Assembly (NCBI RefSeq): GCF_009914755.1
Contig: NC_060934.1
Origin: the human T2T-CHM13v2.0 reference genome, Homo sapiens
Length of the DNA stretch: 64,000 nucleotides
Reading direction: 5' to 3' (one strand)
The first letter of the stretch is position 1, and each line of letters starts with the position of its first letter. The position numbers were made by a program, and so were the translations under genes. Below, piece after piece: positions 19,018 through 32,570 of the stretch. Below the pieces are notes generated by a model. The model was not told the origin of the DNA and did no database searches. It worked only from the letters and a program-made list of their open reading frames with translations.

Positions 19018-19387
19018 ATGCAAAGCTAAAACAATGTAACCAGATGTTACAGGGGTCTGAGTATTTATCATTACTTGTATAAGGCTGAAATCACAGAAAC
19101 ACACACAATAATTCAATCATATGAGGAAAATTATCTGGAAAATATCAATTTGGGTTTGTTGAAATACTTCAAAATACCAAAAAGAATAAAATTCAGATTG
19201 CTACATTTTTTCCTCCTGTTCCCAAATATACACACAATTACTTTAAAGGGTAGGGGTAAACATAACACAACCATTTAAAAGGTACTAACAATTCCATATT
19301 CTTATCCTAGAAATCTAACATAGTTGTGAGTTAAAAACAAAGATTTCTGGAGAAAACAGAACTACAGCCTTATTTAAAAGAAATATA

Positions 19388-19750
<363 letters not shown>

Positions 19751-20030
19751 TTAAACCAGATTACAAAAACACACAGAAACATAACTAAAAAAAATAAAAT
19801 GTAAAATAAGTAAAGAGATCTCAATAGGAAAAAAGAATCCACAAGAATAGAAACTACATCTAGAAATGAGGTTGGGATACAAAATATATGGTCCTGGATA
19901 TTTGCAAGAGATGGGTCCTGGATGCAGCTCTACCCTTGCTGATGGTCTATGCCATTCCCTAGTTCATGTGAATTCTGATATCCTTCTATTTCCACCCTCA
20001 TAAACAATGTATTTCCATCCCACAGATATG

Positions 20031-20377
20031 TGTATTTGTCAGTTTTCACATACCTGAGACTGGGTAATTTATAAAGAAAAAGAGATTTAATGGACTCACA
20101 GTTCCATGCGGCTGGGGAAGCATCACACTCATGGCAGAGGCGAAAGGCACATCTTACATCGTGGTAAGCAAGAGAGGATGAGAGCCAAGCATAAGGGGTT
20201 TCCCTTTAAAAAACCATCAGCTCTTATGAGACTTATTCACTACCATGAGAAGAGTATGAGGGAAACCACCCCCCACGATTCGATTATCTCCCGCGGGGTC
20301 CTTCCCACAACACATATGAATTAAGGGAGCTACAATTCAAGATGAGATTTGGATGGGGACACAGCTAAACCATATCA
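20031..20377 (-). mobile_element. THE1-family solo LTR (MaLR)
   Basis: TG...CA termini; minus strand starts TGATATGGTTTAGCTGTGTCCCC; perfect 5-bp TSD ATATG (20026-20030 and 20378-20382). Confidence 0.92.
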
Positions 20378-20710
20378 ATATGAGACTTCTCAGGCATTCT
20401 CTCAGTATCATCTTCCCTCTGATACTTCTAAAGTCTCATGCTCACCGTTTTTATTATTCTTCGTTTCTATTTAGGCGTTTTTCTTTTAAAAAGCATCCTC
20501 AGCTAACACCCTAGAGGATCACCATATTTCCTTTTTAGTGACAAGCTCCCAGCCTACATATACTTGCACTGTAGCCAGATACCCCAAGGTGGCTGAATCT
20601 GTCACAGAGACTGTATTACTCAAACTTCCTCTTTATAAGTATATTTTTTCCTAGTCCAAAGAGGTCTATGTATTTAAAATTGTGTTGTGATTTACAACCT
20701 GCCCCCAAAC

Positions 20711-20965
20711 TTTTTTTTTAAGAGACAGAGTCTCTGTCATCCAGACTGGAGCATAGTAGTGTGATCTCAGCTCACTGCAGCCTTGACCTCCCGGGCTCAT
20801 GCAATCCTCCCACATCAGACTCTTGAGTGGCTAGGACTGCAGGCATACACTACTATGCCTGGCTAATTTTTAATTTTTTTTTGAGAGAGAGGGTCTTGCT
20901 GTGCTGCCCAGACTGGTCTTGAACTCCTGGCCTCGGATTACAGGTGTGAACCACTGCACTCAGCC
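20711..20965 (-). mobile_element. AluJ with a left-arm deletion
   Basis: CTGCAGCCTTGACCTCC; CCTGGCCTC joins GGATTACAGG. Confidence 0.88.
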
Positions 20966-20972
20966 CATTTAA

Positions 20973-20998
20973 ACACACACACACACACACACACACAC
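20973..20998 (+). repeat. (AC)13 microsatellite
   Basis: Perfect dinucleotide run. Confidence 0.95.
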
Positions 20999-23245
20999 GA
21001 TCACACGATAACAACTATGAAAATTCTGTACTAGAATAAAATCAAGTTTTGTGTTCACTCAGTTCTAAACCACATTCTAACAGCTTCGACTGCAGGCAGA
21101 AGAGCATAAAACCAAAGCGATTTTGATTCACTCTACCACAAATCTTTTCATACAAATTCCTTCAGCTCTACCAAGATTTACGTACAAAAGCTGAAGGCTT
21201 CTATCCTCCAAGCTTAAATAGACACGCTTGGAATACAGTTAAGCGGTTTGTTCCAGCTGTTTAAAGCTCCAGTCCCAGGAACCTGCCTCCTGAAAGTATT
21301 GCAGACTTTACATACTTGAAAACGAATAGAATGGGTCAGTCAAAGGACACACTTGAGGTCTGTGTCTGATAAAAGTTGGGGGTGGGAGGAACTATTAAGA
21401 CATTGAGAATGTACTAGAGGTACGTAATAAAACTAATTTTGAAAATACATTTTACAGCAATTACTGGAAAACATTTAGAATAGTACATGTGTTATTGTGC
21501 TATCTAAATACTAGCAACATGAGTTTATTCGCTCCACTGTTTTTATGAAATCAGATATCAATACCCTCCGCTATGCTTTCTAACCACTTAGTATTGACAT
21601 ATACTTTGAAAAACAGCCTCAGCTTAAAACTCAAGCCAGTGTAACTAAGAATTTGTTTTATGCATTAGTTTCATTCTTTTAATAGAAATAACAACCATCT
21701 CTGTAGTTCCTTTTTGGTCTTTAGCGTGCTACGATAATTAACTTTTTCCTCAATACTTAATAATGCCTACTTAAATTTGTCTAACCCCATTATATAACTA
21801 CCAAAAAACTCAGATCTTCGCTATTTTATTTGAAACTCACAAACAACCCTGTAAACAGATATTATAACTTTAATTTTATAGGTAAGGAAACTGAGATAGT
21901 AGCTATTTGTAAATACATACAAATGAATATGCATCCATTGTTTGGAGGCATGCTTATTTAATGATTAAAGGATGATGATGACACCTCAAATATATTTTAT
22001 TCCTGCTATCAAAAGGTCAACTCAATCTAAATAAACCCATAGCTATCCAACTTCCACACAGTCAACTTAAAAATATTTTTATGATTGTATTACCAAGTCA
22101 TAAACGTCATCAGTTATAATCCCAAGACCATGCCTAATAAATCCCCAGAGGGCAACTATTATTTAGAGCACAAGGATGCCTTGGAAATTACACTGTTATG
22201 AAAAAATAAAGAAATGAACAAATAAACATGGTCTTTAAATGTACTGCTAGGGAAATGCCACATATCAACACTTCCATTTCTTAAGAATTGTCACTGCTGC
22301 AAGTACACAAATTTCAGTAAATTTGACAAAAGAAATATAGGAATTCTGTTCTGAAAAGCAATTGCAACTCAGAAATTGCTCATTTTCTAATACTCTATAT
22401 CAATTAAAAGCCTCTTATCATGACAGGCAGCCATAACAAAGTTAGCTGAATTTAAAAATATAGGTCCAGTTATCATTGAGGCACTGGTTTCTACCTCCTC
22501 ATAAACTCCAGAAAGACTCTAAATTTCTTTCAGCTTGAGTTAGATGAGAGAAAATGCAATTCATATTTCCAGAAGCACAAGTGGCATATTTTCCAGTAAG
22601 CTTCTTGTTCTCATTTTACTATTTTAGGAGTTCTGATCACTCCCAATGTTGCTGTATGGCCAGACCCGATTTCTGCTGGCTGATCATTTTCATGGCATGA
22701 TGCTTTACTAAAACTGTCTCCAAAAACTGTTTTTACTCACATTCGGCTTCAGTGTATTTATATACAAAATACCACTTCAATGGAGTTCTGCCAATAAAAG
22801 GAACAGCTTACTAGAATTTCAGTTGACTTTGTTAAAGGAAATTATTTTAAATTAATGTGGCTACTGAACTGCTGCCATCCTTGACCTCAGAAAATAGATT
22901 CCTTCTAATTTTTGCTGTGAACATTTATTTAAGTTAAATTCCAGCTCATGAATGTTGACCGTAAAAGAGTCTAAACCTTCCTGCTACTATTTCATATTCT
23001 TTCTCTAAACAAGGGGGTGACCACATGGTTGCTACATTAGTATACAGAGCCAGCTCACCACCATTAAGTGAAATCATCTATGTATTTTTGGTAGAATCTT
23101 TAACAACTTCCACGCCCGTCGGTGAATGGAACAAGGCTGTTTTGTTTTCAGAGAGCAACAATTTGATCTCTGGTTTACTTGGTGGTGCCCCAAATATTTT
23201 TCCATATGCTTTTCGCAAAGAGAATCTGACATCAGCATGGTTTAC

Positions 23246-23364
23246 CTTTACCAATGAATGCAGGCTTTTTTCACCAAACATATCCCAGAGGAAGGTCAGG
23301 TCTTCCTGGCTATCCACATGTGGCTGCAGCTGGGCTGGCAGAGCAGCCAACAGCTCATACAGAC
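23246..23364 (-). CDS. MPP7: MPP7 second coding exon, 119 nt ([40 protein letters not shown]; N-terminal L27 region)
   Basis: Acceptor TTTTATTTTCATTTTATAG|GTCTGTATGAG and donor GTAAAG|GTAAAC. 37+119 = 156 nt = 52 codons. Lies within ORF-track entry 23078..23452. Confidence 0.96.
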
Positions 23365-24959
23365 CTATAAAATGAAAATAAAACACAAAGTGTAATCTTA
23401 GAGTGATCTCATTAATTTCGCCTAAGGTGTGTGTAAATGACAGCTGGAACATGCCAATTTTACTGGATTTGTATTCTGGGCCATCAAGCTAAACACTTCT
23501 CCAAAGAACCAAAGGGGAATTTTCTGGCTTTTAAATTCCAAAGCAGTGGTATGTATTAACAGACTCATTTTTACCTCTCACAGTTGTCAACATTCTACAG
23601 CCCTCCAAGTTTACATAATCCGAGACAGAAAATGTGTACAGGTTTTCAGAAAAAGAAGAAAACGCATACATTCCTTTCCTTAATCATTATTACATTTCCC
23701 TCAATCTGAGCCAAAGAGTGAAATGAGTTATGAATAGGAAAAACTTCCTTAGAAGAACAGAGAATTGATAGGGTGGCCCATTAAAAGGGTTTTGTAGTGT
23801 CCAAATAGTTCCTAATAACATATAGTTTCAAAAATACTTGCATTATCTAACATCCAAAAGAAAGTCCTACAAAGTACGGGAAAAGAAATCATAAATGGTT
23901 CTACATTACTATAGTCAACTATCAAAAAAAAAAAAGCTACGTAGAACTTAGTTTAAAATTGGGGGATGTAAAGCTTATGTAATACCCTCTGAAAGAGTTA
24001 AAGTAACAGATGCGGGTTACTCGTGGCGTCCTCACTAGCCACTTCCTAGGGGCAGACAGTAGTGCAGTGTTCCACGGTAGCGTACTACATAAACCATCCA
24101 TCTCCATCACAGCCCGTCACACTCCTGTCCAAGAAATGTTGCAACAGTGCCTGCCCGAGACTCTTTAGGGAGGTGACCTGGCAGGAGTCAATATCAACTC
24201 ATAGCACATGTTTCATTTTCCAGTGGGATTACATGAGGTAAAAAGGACAAAATTCCTTTTATTTCTTGTCTGCTGTCTACAAAAACACCAAGACCTCCTG
24301 GGACCTACAACACATGGGACTGTTGTTATTTTTGGTCTGAATAAGTGCTGCTGTTCATCACAGGGACAGCTTTACAAGAGATTTAACTAGCAAAGAATAG
24401 TAAATTATGGGCTGATGATTCGTATATCTATTATCTTCCTGAAGCATACTAATTCTGCTTATCAGTGATAACTTACAACCAAAGGCATTAGGTACCATAT
24501 TGAAAATTAAGATACATAACTTGGGAGATCTGATTAAATTGAAACATTTCTGGGGCCTTATTTGGCCAAAAAAAGCTAAAACAGTCTTTAAAAAAAAAAA
24601 AAAAAAAAACCTTCTCTCAATTACATTCTGAAGTATTCTTGGTATTTTACATCTATTCCCTTAAAATCCTGGCATTCTGCCTACACCAGCTCTTATTTAC
24701 AGTTTAGTAAAATTATTTGTAAGGTATCTCAGCCTAACTCAATCTATAATAATACAGGTTTCATTATATATATGAAAGTAATCAACAATGGCCAAGATCA
24801 GTGGTTAAGGTCGGAAGTCAAAATGTGAAATTATGTAAAGAAAGGGTGAAATTTCATTATTTTATTATTGATTTGGGGAGTTGTAAAAATAATTACCTAT
24901 TCCTTGGTAACATGACTTACAGTTTAATTAAGGAGACTAATTCAACTGTGACATAATTT

Positions 24960-25870
24960 ACATGATAAAAGTTGTCAGGAGGATTAAATGACTCAATACC
25001 TTAGAACAGTCCCTGTCACATAAAAAGTACTCAATACATTTCACATGAAACTCAGTAAGTTTCAGCTATTGTCATAATTATTACTGTTATTAATCATATC
25101 GTTACAGAAAAAGCAAAAGTGTGGATCAAACACAGCTAGATTCAAACTCAAAGTCTACACTTAGAGCATTTCACGTAACTTAACTGAGCCTTATTTCCCT
25201 CATGTGTTTAAAAACAAATGGTAACCTACAGGTGTGGTAAAATCGCATAGCACGGCCAGGCATAATGGCTCACGCCCATAATCCCAGCACTTTGGGAGGC
25301 CGAGGTGGGCAGATCACTTAAGGTCAGAAGTTCAAGATCAGCCTGGCCAACATGGTGAAACCCCATCTCTACTAAAAATACAAAAATTAGCCCAGTGTGG
25401 TGGCACACACCTGTAATTTCAGCTACTCGGGAGGCTGAGGCAGGAGAATCACTTGAACCCCGGAGGTGGAGGTTGGAGTTAGCCAAGACCACACCATTGC
25501 ACTCCAGCTTGGGCAACAGAGTGAAACTCCGTCTCAAAAAAAAAAAAAAAAAAATGCATAGCACTAAATACGCAAACACACGGAGACACACACAAATAAG
25601 TGCATATAAAATGTGAAATCTGAAAAGGTCAAAGGATTGTACCAATGGCAATTTCCTAATTGCAAGACTCTATTATAATTATGCAAGATGCTACCATCGG
25701 AAGAAAGTAGCTGAGGGGTACATGAGATCATAACATCAATCTACAATTATCTCAAAATAAAATGCTAACATAAAAAAAATTATGGCAAACACGGTTGTTG
25801 TAAGAATTCTATAGAGCAATTCATATGGCAGCATTTAGCCCTGTGGCTGGCACAGCGTAGGCAGTCCGTT
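24960..25870 (+). mobile_element. MIR fragments with a nested L1MC 3' fragment (about 25226-25770), which itself contains an Alu
   Basis: MIR motifs at 24975-25040, 25120-25225 and 25790-25870; L1MC 3'UTR motif ATGCAAGATGCTACCATCGGAAGAAA...ACAATTATCTCAAAATAAAA. Confidence 0.6.
25254..25553 (+). mobile_element. AluSq/Sx-like element
   Basis: TSD AAAAT(C)GCATAGCAC. Confidence 0.93.
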
Positions 25871-26886
25871 GCTTAACATGTCTTCTTCTAGAATGAAAAT
25901 GTCATTTCAATTCAATGGTTCAAAGTCAAACAATAGCTTAGCTGTATATTGCAATTGGATACAATACCATACTCAGAAATAAAACCACGCTAGTCTTTTA
26001 CATATGGAAAGTGTTAACTTTACCCAAGTACTGCTTACATTTTGTGGGAATAAGCCATATTATATTTAAGTTTTTATAAAAAATAATTTTTCTGTTAGCA
26101 GAAGCTCATAAACCAGAGTTCTCTGGTTTTTACTAGTTTTATGTAATCCTAACTAATATCCCACCACAGTTTGGCACTCTAGTAACAAGAGCCGTACCTT
26201 CCCTTCAACTACCACATCTGGTAACCATGACCACAGCAAGAAAAGACAGCACAGTGCCAACCAGAAATTAAAGACATGATTAAAGGAGCCACCAGGCCAG
26301 AGCCGTGTGCAGTCTCCATGAAGGTAAATAATATAGACAACTACTTCCACTCAAATGAATTATAAGGGCCCTAGAAACCATCTCTGGCCATGCATAAAAT
26401 GGGGCCTGTGTTTTAACATGTTTTTTAAAATACTCCTATACTCAGTTCCTAAAGTTCTAATGGTGAAGAGTTTTGTGAAATCCAAATGGTTTGGGTCATG
26501 GAGATTCAAGGGCAAATGATGAGAGTTTAGATAGCAGCAGATATTTTTTAAGAATTTACCTAAATCTACTTGGTCTTTGGGCAAGAACTGAGACAATGAG
26601 ATACCCTATACTCTGTAGTCATTCAAACTCATTGATTCCAGTAAACAGTTATGGTAGCTATGAATGAAACACTCCTCAAGGCTCTAAAGATCTAAGAAAA
26701 ATCAGTCACAGCTCCTGTCCTCAGGAGTTGGCAGTGCAGCAGACAAGCACAGACAGGTCTATTCGTAAGTCCAGGACAAGGTTAGAGTGCTGCGGCAATG
26801 GCAAGGGAAGTGGTCAATTCCTGCAAAGGACGAAGAAGACATCAGGAAAGTCTTCAGAAAAGAAGTAAACACTTGAGTTAGGTCTT

Positions 26887-27237
26887 TGCTGTGGTTTGAA
26901 TGTGTCCCCTAAAAAGCATGTATCAGAAACTTAAACCCCAATGCAAGAGCGTTGGGAGGTGGAGGCCAGTGAGAGGTTATGGATAGATTAATGCCATTAT
27001 TGTAGGAGTGGGCTCATTATCTTGGGAATGGGTTCATTATATGAAGGTGAGTCAGTCTTCTTCTCCCTCTCTTTGCCTTTCTGCCATGGATGACACAGCA
27101 AGAAGGCCCTCATCAGATTCTGGTTCCTCGATCTTGGACTTCCCAGCCTCCAGAACTGTGAGCCAATAAAATTCTGTTCATTACAAATTGCCTAGTCTGT
27201 GGTATTCTGTTATAGCAGTACAAAACTGACTAAGACC
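26887..27237 (+). mobile_element. MST-family solo LTR (MSTC/D-like) inserted in an L2 fragment (about 26620-26886)
   Basis: TGCTGTGGTTTGAATGTGTCCCC...CTTGGACTTCCCAGCCTCCAGAACTGTGAGCCAATAAA...GACTAAGAC; near-TSD GTCTT/CTCTT. Confidence 0.85.
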
Positions 27238-28507
27238 CTCTTTAAAGGCAAAGTTCCTAAGAATCAACATTTACTGAGTTCTCATATTCAGGGTACTATG
27301 CTTGTCACTGGAGATACAACTTATAGAATATATGACTATCTCTGCCCCCAGAGGTCTTATCATCTTAGATGACACAGAATATGCCCCAACATAAAGCAAT
27401 CCTAAATATAAGGCTCTCTTATTTGCCCAAGAAAAGATCCAAAACACATTTTCTTTCAAATAAATACATGAACATTTAATGTGACAATGAAATACATACC
27501 TAATTAATTATTAACATCTGTTTATGTCTAATAATTCAAATATCTAATTGACTTTTACAGATGTTGATAAAATGCTCATGCCTGCTTCTAAAATTTACAT
27601 TGCAGTTTAGTTAGGAACACATACCTTAAATTACCTATGAGGTAAAATATATTAATTTAGATATTAGGTTTGGGCCCCACTTGCATATTTCATGAAATTG
27701 TTTTATTTAAATTATTTACAATAACTTTGTAAATAATTTAAATTTCAGAGTTAAAATACATCATTTTCATTTCTAGATAAGCTATAAGCTGTTTGAGATG
27801 GAGCATATTTTTGATTATTCGTGAGATGCTGTCATGGGAAATCTACATAAAACTGATCGGTTTTTCATTTGTCCTGTAACTGTATAGTTTTTATCTCTAC
27901 AACAGAACCACTAAGCTACTCTTTAAGTATCTTTAACGTTGGCAAATGTGAGGTCACAACCTTTCCCTAAGGAATAATAATTAAATCTGGCTTAAACTTC
28001 TTTGCAACGTTTTTTTTCTCCCATTGTCTTGATGAATAGTGTCCTTTTTTAAAAAACAATTCTGTCAGGTGGCCTCTAAAACCATACCCAAAAATTTTGA
28101 ATTTAGGTTATATGAGAACAATGTGCCTTCTCCATTCAACAAATTTTTGAGTAAGTGAAATAACAGAAAGTTACCTATAAGAGATTTTGTAAGAACTTCA
28201 ATATAAAGCAGCTCTCTCTTCTCTGAGAAAGAATTTTAAGGAGGAAAAAAAATCTCACCTTATATTTGGGTACATGGAATAGACACTGTCAAAGATGCAG
28301 GTGAAGCATTTCAATAAAATTATTTCATAAAATTCTCCAGTATATAAAAAGCAATATTTTTTAATTTGCATATTTTATAACTGAAAAAAAAAGAAAGCAC
28401 CACAGCAAAACTAAAATATGTCAAGGGTCAGTTGATTGATACGTACAAGAACTGTAATAATTTAAAGATGAGACCAATCATTGAAGGTCAGAAAAGGTTA
28501 TATTGGG

Positions 28508-28822
28508 GGCTGGGCACAGTGGCTCACTCCTCTCAGCACTTTGGGAGGCCAAGGCAGAAGGATTGCTTGAGTTACAGACCAACCTGGGCAACACAGTGAG
28601 ACCCTGTCTATATAAAAAATTTAAGAAATTACCCGGGCATGGTGGTGCACACCTGTAGTCCCAGATACTCAGGAGGCTGAGGCAGGAGAATCACTTGAGC
28701 CCAGGAGGTAAAGGCTGCAGTGGTGTGGTGACTATAATCACATCACTTTACTCCAGCCTGGGCATCAGAGTGAGACCCCATCTCAAAAAGAAAAAAAAAA
28801 ATGAAAAAAGAAAGAAAAAGAA
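28508..28822 (+). mobile_element. AluJ
   Basis: TSD GAAAAGG(T/C)TATA(T/C)TGG. Confidence 0.9.
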
Positions 28823-29029
28823 AAGGCTATACTGGAACTTGCAGGACTTGAGCTAGGATCTGAAAAAGGAAAACAGAACCTGCAAGGGTACATTCTAGGT
28901 TGGAGAACACCCAAGGTGGAAAGGCAGTTATAATCACATAAATCTATAGATTTTTAAGTGCACTAAATTTCCGTAAAACTGAAGAAAACACTAGTGATTT
29001 ATCAAACCCTAATTTCTGCCTTTTATGTT

Positions 29030-29887
29030 TGCATCAGTCATGGTCCAACCTGGAGACAGGAGCTCTGCAGTAATTTGAACAGAGAAGCTTAATATAAATA
29101 ATTATTACCTATAACAGGGGCTTATCTGTAAAGTCAGAGAGAACTCTAAAGAATACCTAGGACTGAAGGAGATTTTTTCCTGTTATCCAAGGAGAAAACA
29201 ACCTTGGAAGAGGACTCCCTCCCCAAGGCTAAGACTCAGAGCTCACAGGAGAACGTGTGTTTGCAGCTCACAAGATGGTTGGGTTCCTTGGGCCAAAGAT
29301 TCTCCATTATCATTGAGCAGGCAAGAAACACCCACCTCCAGGATGCAAGTGGACAAGAAACTGTGCCTGGGACTAGCAAGCAGGAAACACTTCTCCAGTA
29401 TACAGATGGTTTGAGGCTGGCAGGCAGGAAACCATTTTTAGTCCTGGCATAGCAGGACTAAAAAGCCAGAAATATCCTGGGGGTGTATATAACAGTGACA
29501 GGAACTGTCAAGCAAACACCCCCTCCAGTACATAGGCAGGGTGAGGCTAGGAAGTTGACCTCTGGGATGCCCACAAGACTCACTGGGAGTCTGCCCATGG
29601 GCGTGTCACTAAAACTCAAAGAGGATAACTACCACTGGATACTCCCACAAGTGCTGTTAGAAATCCTATGAAAGGAGAAAGAAAAAGCAAATAAGAAAAC
29701 ACAAGAATAAGGAAGAGATGCCTCCGCCTCCTCTTGCATTGTCCCATCCAGTGCCCTCATCTGACAAAACTTAACGTCAGGCCAGCAGCAAAAGAGAAAT
29801 ACTTAAAGGGCCTAGCTCTATCTTCATAGTGCAGACAATGAAGTATGAATTTGGAGCTAAGAGGCAATAAAATGATAACTGGCTCAA
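29030..29887 (-). mobile_element. Ancient LTR (LTR78/79-like; family uncertain)
   Basis: TGCATCAGTCATGGTCCAACCTGGAGACAG...TTTGAACAGAGAAGCTTAATATAAA start and GGAGCTAAGAGGCAATAAAATGATAACTGGCTCA end resemble old LTR termini. Confidence 0.45.
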
Positions 29888-29924
29888 TCTTCTATATGGA
29901 GATTTATGTATGTACATATGAGGC

Positions 29925-30317
29925 TGATATAGTTTAGGTATGTGTCCCCTCTAAGTCTCATGTTGAATTGTAATCCCAAATTGGGACCTGGTGGAAGGTG
30001 ACTGGATCATGGGGGTGGATCCCTCATGGCTTGAAGCTGTCCTCAAGACAGTGAGTGAGTTGTAGTGAGACCTGTTTGTTTAAGTGTGGCACCTCCCCCC
30101 ACTCACTTCCTTTGCCCCTACTTTCACCATCTGATACACCTGCTCCCCATTCACCTTCCACCACTATTGTAAGCTTCCTGAGGCCTCCTCAGAAGCAGAT
30201 GCCAGCTCCATGCTCCTGTACAGCCTGCAGAGCCGTGAGCCAATTATACTTCTTTTCTTTATAAATTGCCCAGTCGCAAGTATTCCTCTAGGGCAATGCA
30301 AAGAACGACCCAACACA
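29925..30317 (+). mobile_element. MSTA/B solo LTR
   Basis: TGATATAGTTTAGG...CCCAACACA; perfect TSD GAGGC (29920-29924 and 30318-30322). Confidence 0.9.
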
Positions 30318-30578
<261 letters not shown>

Positions 30579-30858
30579 CTATGTGTGTGTCTCTTTCTGG
30601 GGGAGAGGAATATTGTCTTTCTGCTTTGTTTTCGATGTTCTTTCTGTTGTTTGGCATTGGAGATACAATGAAAAATATTTAGTGATTAGTGAAAGTAAAG
30701 GTTTTTCTAATACAGATTTGAAAGGGAAATACTATTACATCAAAGGCTTGTATTGACAATGTTTGCCTGTCTTAACAATATGCTAAGCCTGACCCCAACA
30801 GCTCAGGTGGAGCACTAGGCCAAAGTTCTAAGTTCAACAAATGACAAATAAACAGTCT

Positions 30859-31526
30859 TGAGATGGTTAATTTTATGTGTTAATTTGACTGAGCTAAGAG
30901 ATGTCCAGATAGGTGGTAAGACATTATTTCTGGGTATGTCTGCACGGATGTTTCCGAAAGAGATTATCCTTTGAATTGGTAGACTCAAGAAAGAAGATCT
31001 GCTCTCACCAACATGGGCAGCATCAGCCAATCTCACTGAGAGTCCAAATAGATCCAAAAGGCAGAGGAAGGGCAAATTCCCCCTCACTCTTATTGAGCTG
31101 GGACACCCATCTTCTCCTGCCCTCAGGTATCAGGCTTCCTGGTTCTTGGGCCTTTGTGCTTTGATACTTACTTATACTGCAGCCCTTTCCCTTCCACCCC
31201 ATAATCTTGGCTCTCAGGCCTTCAGACTCAGACTGAGTTATGCCACCAGCTTTCCTGGTTCTCCACGTTGCAGATGGCAGATCACTGGACTTCTCGACCT
31301 CCATAATCACGTGAGTGAATTCCCATAATAAATCTCCTATAAACACACACACCTATATAAGTCAGTTGGTACAAAAGTAATCACAGTTTTTACTACAATG
31401 CCAAAAACTGCAATTACTTTTGCACCAACCTAATATATACCTGTCTCCATGTGTGTACGTATGTGTGTGGGGATGTATATTATAATATCTCCTATTGGTT
31501 TTGTTTATTTGGAGAACCCAAACACA
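30859..31526 (+). mobile_element. MLT2-family (ERVL) solo LTR
   Basis: TGAGATGGTTAATTTTATGTGTTAATTTGACTG...CTCCTATTGGTTTTGTTTATTTGGAGAACCC...CA. Confidence 0.9.
31361..31433. mobile_element. MADE1 (Hsmar1-derived MITE)
   Basis: Near-palindrome GTTGGTACAAAAGTAATCACAGTTTTT...AAAAACTGCAATTACTTTTGCACCAACCTAA within a TA-rich tract of the LTR. Confidence 0.92.
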
Positions 31527-32197
31527 GCTCTTTTCTATCAAAAGAGCACTCTCTTAATTTCAACTTTCTCATAAATGTATGAAACTTATAAGAGAAGGTC
31601 AAGATAGATTGTGGTTTTCTAACATTAAAATAACATAAAACCCCTAAACATGGAAAAATGATAGAAAGTACATAGTGGGCAAAAATTTTAGGGGCTAAGA
31701 AAGGCGCTTAAAATTAAAGGAACTAATTGCAAAGACACATAAAGATGTTTTGAGATTTTTAAACAGGTTACCAAAGCCTGCTCTGTGGAAAATAAATGTT
31801 GTAACCTATTCTCCCTTTCCAGAGGAATTTTATATGGCAAATTCTGGCTGTATGAAATTATAAAAAGTAATATACTAATGAGAATGCTTTCAGTACAATA
31901 TAAATACCTCACTCTGTGAGCCGGTTCATTAAGCCATCTCATATGTAAGACCATAATCTTAATTTAACTACACTGACTTATTTATTTGATGGGATTTAAA
32001 TGTGCTGTAGCGGGCTTCCCTCTATCCACACTATACTAGACGATAAGTACATGTGCCACTTACTTTTTGTTAAAGATAAAAACTATATGCTTTGAGATCA
32101 CTGAGTTATTTAATTGGACTTAAATAATATGCCGTGATCATCTTCCTGAACCCATGCTACACTGCAGGAGAAACATATGTCACTGTCTCACTGTCTT

Positions 32198-32372
<175 letters not shown>

Positions 32373-32537
32373 TAAAGGTATATGTGCTTTTCCCCTCTAA
32401 CGACTTACAATCAGGGTATGTTCTTGGGGCTTTAGTAGCCCTGGGCAACACACTGAGATGGTATGTATTTTACACACACTTTTAGATACTCTGATGCTTT
32501 GAGCAACTTCAAGTTGTCTTGCAGTATATTTTTTGCC

Positions 32538-32570
<33 letters not shown>
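32538..32570 (+). repeat. (TA)n(GA)n compound microsatellite
   Basis: Directly visible. Confidence 0.9.

Noticed and set aside
20103-20122. PRDM9 hotspot motif in THE1
   Set aside because: Minus strand reads CTTCCCCAGCCGC, not the CCTCCCTNNCCAC hotspot-associated allele.
23025-23375. 116-aa plus-strand ORF antisense to the MPP7 exon
   Set aside because: Likely an antisense shadow of coding sequence, with no recognisable protein features.
23365-23452. N-terminal part of ORF 23078..23452 ([12 protein letters not shown]...) as an alternative start
   Set aside because: It runs through the polypyrimidine tract of the acceptor, and the spliced upstream exon already explains the true N-terminus. 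No promoter evidence.
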